Origin: Patescibacteria group bacterium
Lineage (GTDB): Bacteria; Patescibacteriota; Minisyncoccia; UBA6257; HR35
Direction of reading: 5' to 3'
Assembly: GCA_023480925.1 (NCBI GenBank)
Contig: JAMCWY010000010.1
Span: 11,676 to 43,675 of the forward strand
DNA length: 32,000 nucleotides
Positions 25,046-32,000 of this stretch are shown in pieces. A program made the translations under genes and the position numbers. Each line of letters begins with the position of its first letter. Position 1 is the stretch's first letter. The notes under the pieces were generated by a model. The model had not been told where the DNA came from. It saw only the letters and a program-made list of their open reading frames with translations, and did not search any database.

Positions 25046-26467
25046 ATGAATCTCGAACCAACGATCGGTTTGGAAATTCATCTCGAGCTTAAAACCGAGA
25101 CGAAAATGTTTTGTGATTGTCTGAATGATTCTAATGAAATGCATCCGAACGTCAATATTTGCGAAATTTGCTCGGGTCAACCCGGAACATTGCCCAGTTT
25201 GAATAAAAACGCCATAATCTTCGCCTTAAAATTAGCTCAAGCTTTAAAAACTAAAGTTAATGAAAAAAGTTTTTTTGCCAGAAAAAATTATTTTTATCCC
25301 GACCTGCCCAAAGGTTACCAAATTTCCCAATACGAATCTCCCTTAGCCGAAAAAGGCGAGATGGAATACTGGCTTGGTTCGGAAAAGAAAAAAGCGGCGA
25401 TCAGACGGATCCATCTCGAAGAAGATACGGCTCGATTAATCCACACGAACGACGCCAGCTTGGCTGATTTTAACCGCGCCGGCTTGCCTTTACTGGAAAT
25501 CGTAACCGAACCTGATTTCCATTCAGCCAAAGAGGCAAGGGCGTTCGCCGAAGAGTTGATTCTTTTAATCCGCTATCTAAAAATTTCAACCGCCAACCTT
25601 GAAAAAGGCGAAATTCGTCTTGAAGTGAATATTAGTCTCGGCCCGGCCGGCAAGCTTGGCGTCAAAGTTGAAATAAAAAATCTGAACTCGCTCCGGGCAG
25701 TTGAAGAAGCGATCGAAGCCGAAATTAAAAGACAAAAAGATTTGATTGAACAAGGCGATCAAGTTAAACAAGAAACACGCGGCTGGAACGAAAACGCCAA
25801 ACAAACATTTAGCCAAAGAACAAAAGAAGAAGCGGAAGACTATCGTTACTTTCCCGAACCAGACCTACCACCATTACTTATTAATCAAGAACTGCTTGAC
25901 CAAACGATTATGCCGGAACTGCCCAGTCAAAGACGAACAAGATTCCAAAAAGAATTTCGATTAAATTTTAACCAAGCTAATTTTTTGACCCGCGACGAAA
26001 GGCTTGGTTCTTTTTTTGAAGAAGCCGTTTCCGAATTGGCCGAACTTGGTTCGAACCAAACCGAATCGCTTTATAATTTTCTCGCTAACGACTTGGCTGG
26101 TCTTTTAAACGCCAATCAAAAAAATTTTGAAGATACCGGCTTAACCCCTCATCATTTCGCTCATCTTATTTATAAGTTCGAAAAAAAAGAATATTCTTCC
26201 AAGATCGTCAAAGATATTCTTAGCCAAGTCGTCATTTCGGCTAAACCCCTGGAAGAGTTGCTTCAGAAAAAAATTAAAATCAACGACGAGGAAATAGTTT
26301 CTGATTTAATCAAAAAAATTATCGCCGAAAATCCAAAGGTTGTCCAGGATTACAAAAGCGGGAAGGGAAGCGCGCTCCAGTTTATAATTGGATTGGCAAT
26401 GGAAAAAACTCAAGGTCAAGTTGATCCGGAAATTTGCCGCCAAGCGATTGAATCTCAACTTAAATAG
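25046..26467 (+). CDS. gatB: Asp/Glu-tRNA(Asn/Gln) amidotransferase subunit B
   Basis: PTIGLEIHLELKTETKMFC, KNYFYPDLPKGYQISQ, RIHLEEDTARL and a C-terminal YqeY-like domain. A TTG at 25040 is an alternative start. Confidence 0.9.
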   Translation: MNLEPTIGLEIHLELKTETKMFCDCLNDSNEMHPNVNICEICSGQPGTLPSLNKNAIIFALKLAQALKTKVNEKSFFARKNYFYPDLPKGYQISQYESPLAEKGEMEYWLGSEKKKAAIRRIHLEEDTARLIHTNDASLADFNRAGLPLLEIVTEPDFHSAKEARAFAEELILLIRYLKISTANLEKGEIRLEVNISLGPAGKLGVKVEIKNLNSLRAVEEAIEAEIKRQKDLIEQGDQVKQETRGWNENAKQTFSQRTKEEAEDYRYFPEPDLPPLLINQELLDQTIMPELPSQRRTRFQKEFRLNFNQANFLTRDERLGSFFEEAVSELAELGSNQTESLYNFLANDLAGLLNANQKNFEDTGLTPHHFAHLIYKFEKKEYSSKIVKDILSQVVISAKPLEELLQKKIKINDEEIVSDLIKKIIAENPKVVQDYKSGKGSALQFIIGLAMEKTQGQVDPEICRQAIESQLK

Positions 26468-26486
26468 AAAAAATCTTCGGTGCGAG

Positions 26487-26558
26487 TGCTCCCAAGGGGA
26501 ATCGAACCCCTATTGCCGGATTGAAAGCCCGACGTCCTAGCCATTAGACGATGGGAGC
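26487..26558 (-). tRNA. tRNA-Glu (anticodon UUC)
   Basis: The reverse complement folds as acceptor GCTCCCA/TGGGAGC, D stem GTCT/GGAC, anticodon loop CTTTCAA, and T arm AGGGG-TTCGATT-CCCCT. CCA is not encoded. Confidence 0.85.
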
Positions 26559-26587
26559 AAATTTCTATAAAAATTTTAACTGATATT

Positions 26588-27100
26588 ATGATAAAATCAA
26601 ATATGTTTAAAATTATTTTTTTTGTCGTTTTCGTTCTCATTTTTATCGTCTTAATTAAAATTTGGATTAATTTCAATAACTATAGTCGCGATTCAATCTT
26701 TGACCAAAAAATAATTCAAGCCAAAATTGGCAAAAAAATATTTAAACTTGAAGTCGCGACTTCAAGCGCCGATCAAAAACAAGGCCTATCCGATCGTCCC
26801 AGTCTCGATCCTGATCAAGGGATGATTTTTATTTTTAACCGGCCCGGCCATTATTATTTTTGGATGAATCGAATGAAATTTCCACTTGATTTTGTCTGGA
26901 TTTTTGACAACAAGGTCGTCGGCTTAAATCTAAACGTACCGCCGCCTTGTTCTCGAATCAAGCTTAGCCGCGATTGTCTTAAACGTCTTAAACTTTTTAC
27001 GAATAAAAAAGCCTTTAATCGCGTGATTGAATTGAATGCCGGTTCAATCCAAACGGCTGGGATTAAAATCAACGACCAAATTGATTTTCGTCAAAATTAG
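26588..27100 (+). CDS. DUF192-family protein with an N-terminal membrane anchor
   Basis: GLSDRPSLDPDQGMIFIFNRPGHYYFWMNRMKFPLDFVWIFDNKVVG matches the conserved DUF192 (COG1430) core. Confidence 0.8.
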   Translation: MIKSNMFKIIFFVVFVLIFIVLIKIWINFNNYSRDSIFDQKIIQAKIGKKIFKLEVATSSADQKQGLSDRPSLDPDQGMIFIFNRPGHYYFWMNRMKFPLDFVWIFDNKVVGLNLNVPPPCSRIKLSRDCLKRLKLFTNKKAFNRVIELNAGSIQTAGIKINDQIDFRQN

Positions 27101-27115
27101 TAACGACCGAAATTA

Positions 27116-27889
27116 ATGACGGCCAAGTTTGATTTTCACGCTCACCTTGACGACGAAAGATTAAAATCGATCGGAATAACAAAAATTATTAATCGCGCGA
27201 TTAAAGCCGGCGTCGATTTAATTATTTCCAACGCGATCAATCTTAAATCTTTCAAAGAAAATTTACAATTGAGCCAAGATTTTCCCAACTTGGTCAAATC
27301 AACAATCGGCCTCCAACCGCTTCAGATTAGTCAAGATTCAAAAATCGATATCGAAAAAATTGAAAAAATTGTCGAAAGGGGGGAATTCAAACCAATCGCG
27401 ATTGGAGAAATCGGCCTTGATTTTTATTATCAAGATAAAAACAAAAAAGATCAGATCGAAATATTCGAACGCCAGCTAAATTTGGCAGAAAAATTCAACC
27501 TGACCGCGATCATTCACGTTCGTCAAAGCGCGGCTGAAACTTTAGCCATAATTAAAAATCATCCGAATTTAAAATTTGTCTGCCACAGCTTCGCCGAAAA
27601 TTACGTTTGGGCAAAAAATTTTCTCGATCGCGACGGTTGGCTTTCGTTTTCGGCCATGATCACTTACCCAAAAAACGAAGAACTGCGTCAAACAATCAAA
27701 AAGCTTCCCCTAGACCGAATTTTGATTGAAAGCGACAGTCCAGCCTTACCGCCTCAATCAAAACGCGGCCAAATTAATGAACCGTCTTTTATCGAAGAAA
27801 CAGCGGCAAAGTTAAGTCAAATTCTCAATTTAGATCAAAATCAACTCTGGACAAAACTTCGGCAAAATCTTAACCAAGTTTTGACCTAA
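27116..27889 (+). CDS. TatD-family metal-dependent hydrolase/DNase
   Basis: FDFHAHLDD, IGEIGLDFYY, IIHVRQS, VCHSF and IESDSP metal-ligand blocks. Confidence 0.9.
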   Translation: MTAKFDFHAHLDDERLKSIGITKIINRAIKAGVDLIISNAINLKSFKENLQLSQDFPNLVKSTIGLQPLQISQDSKIDIEKIEKIVERGEFKPIAIGEIGLDFYYQDKNKKDQIEIFERQLNLAEKFNLTAIIHVRQSAAETLAIIKNHPNLKFVCHSFAENYVWAKNFLDRDGWLSFSAMITYPKNEELRQTIKKLPLDRILIESDSPALPPQSKRGQINEPSFIEETAAKLSQILNLDQNQLWTKLRQNLNQVLT

Positions 27890-27915
27890 ATCGAAAATCA
27901 ATTAAACTTTTCAAA

Positions 27916-28869
27916 ATGATTTGGATAATTTTCGGCCAAGACCACTATCTGATTAAAAAAAGAATTGAAGAGTTGGCCGACCAAAATAAAAATAAACCCG
28001 GTTCAGAGCAGGGAAGCGAAAAAATTTTTATCGATTCGAACGACAAAAATTTCGATTCAATTCTAAGGGGCCAACTCAACAACCGTCTAATTGGCGCTAA
28101 TCCTTTAATTATTGTCAAAAATTCCAGCAAACTTAATCTTAGCCAAATCAAAAACTTGATCCTCGGATTAAAACAAACAAAGGTTGATATTGTTTTCCAA
28201 TCTGAAACCAAACCGGAAGAATTAATTAAAAACATCAAAAAGCACGAACTTGATCACACTATCGAAGAAATTAAAATAAAAAAAAAGCGAACAATAAAGG
28301 ACTCGAACGAATTAGTCAAAAGTTTGCTTGATTATTATCAAGTTAGGCTGCCAAACGGATTTCAAGAAACATTTTCGAAAATATTTCTTAATAATCCCGA
28401 ACTGCTCGAAACAGAAATTAAAAAATTGTCATTTTTTCAAATGGGTCGAACTATCGCTAAAACCGACCTGATTAGTCTTATCCGCTGGCCAAACGAAAGT
28501 CGAATCTGGGATATGATCGACAGCCTTCTTGAGAAAGACTGGTCCAAATTCACCTTCTTTCTTAAACGCGAACTTAATCTCGGTTCGGAACCAACCCTAA
28601 TTTTAGCCAATATTAAAAATTCACTTGTCAATCTTTTGTTGGTCAAATTGGCAAAATCAAAAAATGAACTTAAATCTTTAAATCTAAACGAGTATTATAA
28701 ATTTAAGCTTTCCAGACACGAAAACAATTTTCAGACCGATGAGATAAAAAAATTAATCAAGACTTTCGCTCAAATTGACCAGAAGTACAAAAAGTTCCGA
28801 CTCAAGTCTGAAGAGATACCAAGCGAATTGATTTATCAACTAAGCGAATCAAATTTCTCAACCAAGTGA
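27916..28869 (+). CDS. Probable DNA polymerase III delta subunit (HolA-like)
   Basis: Size and the N-terminal IIFGQDHYLIKKRIEEL pattern resemble HolA. Similarity is otherwise weak, so the call is tentative. Confidence 0.5.
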   Translation: MIWIIFGQDHYLIKKRIEELADQNKNKPGSEQGSEKIFIDSNDKNFDSILRGQLNNRLIGANPLIIVKNSSKLNLSQIKNLILGLKQTKVDIVFQSETKPEELIKNIKKHELDHTIEEIKIKKKRTIKDSNELVKSLLDYYQVRLPNGFQETFSKIFLNNPELLETEIKKLSFFQMGRTIAKTDLISLIRWPNESRIWDMIDSLLEKDWSKFTFFLKRELNLGSEPTLILANIKNSLVNLLLVKLAKSKNELKSLNLNEYYKFKLSRHENNFQTDEIKKLIKTFAQIDQKYKKFRLKSEEIPSELIYQLSESNFSTK

Positions 28870-28891
28870 AAGTTTTTTGCTGATAAAAATG

Positions 28892-28900
28892 TGTTATAAT
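28892..28900 (+). promoter_or_regulatory. Extended -10 promoter element, TGTTATAAT
   Basis: TATAAT at 28895-28900 is preceded by TGT. The rplT ATG at 28909 lies 8 nt downstream, implying a leaderless or 1-2 nt leader transcript. Confidence 0.55.
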
Positions 28901-28908
28901 AAATTAAA

Positions 28909-29262
28909 ATGGCAAGAGTGAAAAGAGGAATTTTAAAAATAAAAAAAAGAACCGCGATTTTAAAGGAAGCGAAAGGTTTTAAGTGGGGAAGAAAAAATCG
29001 CAAAAAGGCCGCTGAAGAAGCACTGCTCCACGCCTCCGGCCACGCCTATGTTGGTCGAAAACAAAAAAAGAAAGATTTTCGTCAACTTTGGCAGGTTCGA
29101 CTTAACGCCGCTCTCAAAGAAGATAATCTCAAATACAGCGATTTTATTAACAAACTCAAAAAATCAAATATTCTTTTAAACCGCAAGGTTTTAAGCGAGC
29201 TAGCCAACCAAGAACCAGCTATTTTTAACCAAATTCTAAAAGAAATAAAAATTAAACTTTAA
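28909..29262 (+). CDS. rplT: 50S ribosomal protein L20
   Basis: MARVKRGILKIKKRTAILKEAKGF...YVGRKQKKKDFRQLWQVRLNAA. Confidence 0.95.
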   Translation: MARVKRGILKIKKRTAILKEAKGFKWGRKNRKKAAEEALLHASGHAYVGRKQKKKDFRQLWQVRLNAALKEDNLKYSDFINKLKKSNILLNRKVLSELANQEPAIFNQILKEIKIKL

Positions 29263-29276
29263 ACAATTTAATCTTA

Positions 29277-29789
29277 ATGTTGATTGGCGCTCATTTAATC
29301 ACCTCTGACGCGATCGCTCTAGTTTTAACCGACAAACCTTGGATCGCTTTCTTAATTGGCGTTGTCAGTCATCATCTTTTTGACGCTTTGCCGCATCTTG
29401 ACTCGAATATATTTAAAGAAATTAATCAGGGCGACGGCGCTAATGGAAAGATAAAAAATTGGCCGATAAAATTTTGGCTCTTCTTCGCCGCTGATCTAAT
29501 TATTGGCGTATTTTTTTTAATTTACATCCTCAACAACTTCGCCCAATCGTTTAATCAAAGATTAATTGTCTTTTGGGCCAGTTTTGGCGCGATCCTGCCC
29601 GATCTGATTAACTTTTTCTTCCACGAACAACTTCGTCAATCCTCTTTAGGCAAGATTTATTTTAATTTTCACAAAAATTTTCACTGGCGATTCCGTTCTC
29701 AACCAAAAACAAAACAAATTGTCGCCGTTGGCCTAACTCAATCTCTGATTATTTTTTTAGCTCTGATTTTAATCATTGGTTTGAAGTAA
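29277..29789 (+). CDS. Polytopic membrane protein with His-rich motifs (possible membrane-bound metal-dependent hydrolase fold)
   Basis: GAHL...VVSHHLFDALPHLD followed by several TM segments. The family assignment is uncertain. Confidence 0.55.
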   Translation: MLIGAHLITSDAIALVLTDKPWIAFLIGVVSHHLFDALPHLDSNIFKEINQGDGANGKIKNWPIKFWLFFAADLIIGVFFLIYILNNFAQSFNQRLIVFWASFGAILPDLINFFFHEQLRQSSLGKIYFNFHKNFHWRFRSQPKTKQIVAVGLTQSLIIFLALILIIGLK

Positions 29790-29817
29790 GCCGATCAAAT
29801 TATTAGCGCAAACAAAG

Positions 29818-29846
29818 AGCCTCTGAAGTTAAATAACTCAGAGGCT
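29818..29846. terminator. Hairpin between convergent genes, probable terminator, best suited to the minus-strand gene
   Basis: AGCCTCTGA (29818-29826) pairs with TCAGAGGCT (29838-29846). On the minus strand it is followed by CTTTGTTTG. Confidence 0.6.
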
Positions 29847-29852
29847 AACTAA

Positions 29853-30056
29853 TCAATGAACCGCGACGTACGCAACAATAGTGTAAAATAACACGAGACT
29901 AACGACAAACAGACTCGCGAAAATTTTTTCGTACCTTTTTAAATCTTCGGCCCCAGGCTCGACTCTTCTTCGTTCGACAATATCCTTTGAGATTAAAAGG
30001 ATAATCGCAATCGAAAAAATCACCAGACCAAACATCAACCTTATATCCCAGCTCAT
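29853..30056 (-). CDS. 67-aa two-TM membrane protein
   Basis: Strong SD (GAGGAGGAG) 6-8 nt upstream of the ATG and a minus-strand TATAAT at 30093-30098. Two hydrophobic helices flank a charged loop. Confidence 0.65.
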   Translation of the reverse strand: MSWDIRLMFGLVIFSIAIILLISKDIVERRRVEPGAEDLKRYEKIFASLFVVSLVLFYTIVAYVAVH

Positions 30057-30149
30057 TTTTCTCCTCCTCAGAATTAGATAACAACTTAATTAATTATAAG
30101 AAAATAAATAAAATTTAAAAAATTAGTTGTTTGATTAGAAAATAAGAAA

Positions 30150-31394
30150 CTATCGGCCTTTTTTTAGAACAACTTCTTTAATTGTCTTTAAAATAATAAT
30201 TAAATCAAAAATTAAATTTCGGTTGGCAAGATAATAAAGATCATAGCTAAATTTTTGTTCATATTCGGATAAAGTCGATGAATAACCATGAAGTTGGGCC
30301 CAACCGGTTAAGCCCGGTTTGGCTAAAAGTTTTAATTTATAGTGAGGAATTTTTTTTGCGAACTCTTCCACAACGTTTTTCAATTCAATCCTTGGACCAA
30401 CCAGACTCATCTGACCCCCAAGGATATTGAACGATTGAGGCAGTTCATCCAGATGAGTTTTTCGAAGAAGTTGGCCAAAAGAAAAAATTCTTTCCTGGTC
30501 AGAACCATTACCATTTTTCATCGTTCTGAATTTATAAATTTCCAAATCAAGGCCAAACTGACCAAGACGTTTTTGTTTAATCAGAACCGGGCCGGGATCG
30601 CTTAATTTTATGCCTAAAGCAAAAAGGGGATAAAGACCAACAAAAAAAAGACTTAGGCTAAAACCGATAACCAGGTCAATGATTCTTTTGGTAAAGAGAA
30701 AAAAAGGCGACGGTTTTTTTATAACCATTTCCAAAATTTCATTTCGATCAAGAAATTGAAATGGAATTTTTTTAAAAAGATAAACATAAAACTGTTCAAC
30801 CGAAAAAAAATTGGTCGAAAAGGGCAGGGGAATGGGTAAATTTATTTCGTGGTCGGTTTTACTAATAACCAAAAAATCGGCTGGTTGACGCGGTAATTCC
30901 GTTGAATTTTCAAAACAAAAACCGAGGTGTTTATTTTCATCTAAATATTTTTTTATTTCATTTGATAATTGGTTTTGTCCACCGATAAAAACAACCTTTT
31001 GGACTTCGTTAATTATTTGAAAAATTAATTTTCGTTCAATAAAAAATAATATGATAAAAAAAACGAAGAAAATAATAAAATTCGAGTAGGGCGACAGAAC
31101 TGTCGCTTCGAATGGCCGAGCCAAATAGAAATACGCCAAACTAATAAAGAAAGAAAAAGTTAAAGCGGAGAAGCTTAAACCGACAAATTCTTTGTTAAAA
31201 CGAAAATAAACCGGTTCATAAAGCTCAAAGCTGTAAAAAATTAAGGCGTAGATAAAAAATAAAACAAAGAATAATTTGGCGTGGAAGTAAAACTGAATCG
31301 CGAAACTGTCAGGGAATCGCGTCGCCAACATTAGAGTCAGAGCCAAAAAAAAGACGAAGAAATCCAAAATCAATATTTTAAATCGACTGCTCAT
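30150..31394 (-). CDS. Polyprenyl-phosphate glycosyl-1-phosphate transferase (WbaP/bacterial sugar transferase family)
   Basis: N-terminal TM bundle, then the C-terminal Bac_transf core KRIIDLVIGFSL...PVLIKQKRLG...YKFRTM...LDELPQSFNILGGQMSLVGPR. Confidence 0.85.
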   Translation of the reverse strand: MSSRFKILILDFFVFFLALTLMLATRFPDSFAIQFYFHAKLFFVLFFIYALIFYSFELYEPVYFRFNKEFVGLSFSALTFSFFISLAYFYLARPFEATVLSPYSNFIIFFVFFIILFFIERKLIFQIINEVQKVVFIGGQNQLSNEIKKYLDENKHLGFCFENSTELPRQPADFLVISKTDHEINLPIPLPFSTNFFSVEQFYVYLFKKIPFQFLDRNEILEMVIKKPSPFFLFTKRIIDLVIGFSLSLFFVGLYPLFALGIKLSDPGPVLIKQKRLGQFGLDLEIYKFRTMKNGNGSDQERIFSFGQLLRKTHLDELPQSFNILGGQMSLVGPRIELKNVVEEFAKKIPHYKLKLLAKPGLTGWAQLHGYSSTLSEYEQKFSYDLYYLANRNLIFDLIIILKTIKEVVLKKGR

Positions 31395-31548
31395 TATTTT
31401 TTAGAATCAAAATTTAAAATCTAAACTAAAGAATCAAAATTTTCAACACCAGAATTTAGATAAATAAACATCTAAATTAATTTATTTAACTATTATAAAG
31501 CATATTAAAAAATAATCGAATTTTAAGTAAAATTAGGTGAGAGTTATA

Positions 31549-31582
31549 TTATGTTCGCAAAAGAGACATTTTGCGAACATAA
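31549..31582. repeat. Perfect palindrome, 14-nt arms with a 6-nt spacer
   Basis: TTATGTTCGCAAAA-GAGACA-TTTTGCGAACATAA read directly from the sequence. Confidence 0.85.
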
Positions 31583-31747
31583 CTAATTATCGACATTTAA
31601 CTCAAAGAGGTAAAATTTAACAACCTCCAAAAATTCAATTAACTTTTACTCCATTTTTATTTAAAATTTATTTTACAAGATAAAAATTCGAATCGATTTT
31701 TATTGAAATAGCTTATAATAATAAAAATAAAATTTTATTAATCGCCT

Positions 31748-31820
31748 GCCCCCATAGCTCAACTGGCAGAGCAATTGGCTCTTAACCAAGAGGTTGGAGG
31801 TTCGATTCCTCCTGGGGGCA
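31748..31820 (+). tRNA. tRNA-Lys (anticodon CUU)
   Basis: Acceptor GCCCCCA/TGGGGGC, D stem GCTC/GAGC, anticodon loop CTCTTAA, and T arm GGAGG-TTCGATT-CCTCC. There is one A-G mismatch at the top of the anticodon stem, and CCA is not encoded. A TATAAT lies upstream at 31714-31719. Confidence 0.85.
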
Positions 31821-32000
31821 CAAAAACAGAACTTAATTCACTTCCTAAAAAATTTTCGTGCGTCGCACGAAGCGCGACGTATGGTGGCAAAGAGATAAAC
31901 TCAATACGACGGTCTTTTAACAACGGGTTCGAGCCGAAGATTTTTTGTACAGAGGATTTTTTAAGAGAGCACATTGTTGATTTATTCTTTAGTTTAGATT

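Noticed and set aside
26455-26676. 73-aa minus-strand ORF
   Set aside because: It is read straight through tRNA-Glu (26487..26558) and the start of the DUF192 gene, so it is an artefact of ORF calling.
31759-31974. 71-aa minus-strand ORF
   Set aside because: It overlaps tRNA-Lys on the opposite strand, has no expression signals and shows no recognisable protein features.
1-32000. Alternative genetic code (UGA recoding, as in some candidate phyla)
   Set aside because: TGA terminates well-delimited genes, for example at 3470-3472, 4231-4233, the clpB stop at 23673-23675 and 28867-28869. Long conserved genes such as clpB, gatB, glyA and murT have no in-frame TGA under the standard code.

Overview
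AT-rich, very gene-dense bacterial chromosomal window, almost entirely housekeeping. It encodes translation factors and ribosomal proteins (L31, RF1, S2, EF-Ts, SecE-NusG-L11, GatB, L20, YchF, RluB-like), one-carbon metabolism (FolD, GlyA), cell-envelope genes (MurT/GatD, GalU, a polyprenyl-phosphate sugar transferase), ClpB, and three tRNAs (Thr-UGU, Glu-UUC, Lys-CUU). There are also many small membrane proteins. Short proteins, an RRM RNA-binding protein, a pilin plus LamG locus and minimal intergenic spacing suggest a reduced CPR/Patescibacteria-type genome; that assignment is inference only. The standard code applies: TGA terminates several well-delimited ORFs and conserved genes are intact. 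I found no CRISPR array, transposase, integrase, prophage, recognisable defence system or toxin-antitoxin pair, so I cannot support a claim of a novel multi-gene system here. The items most worth a second look are: (1) an RF1 with no N-terminal domain 1, directly downstream of rpmE; (2) a type IV pilin-like ORF whose LamG domain continues in the -1 frame with no usable start codon; (3) a self-contained promoter-ORF-terminator unit for a 48-aa, 9-cysteine peptide next to a DoxX gene; (4) recurrent TATAAT boxes 7-11 nt upstream of start codons, implying leaderless mRNAs; (5) secE-nusG-rplK with no rplA following; (6) a repeat- and palindrome-rich region between the sugar transferase and tRNA-Lys, including a 17-nt inverted repeat cut by the window edge.
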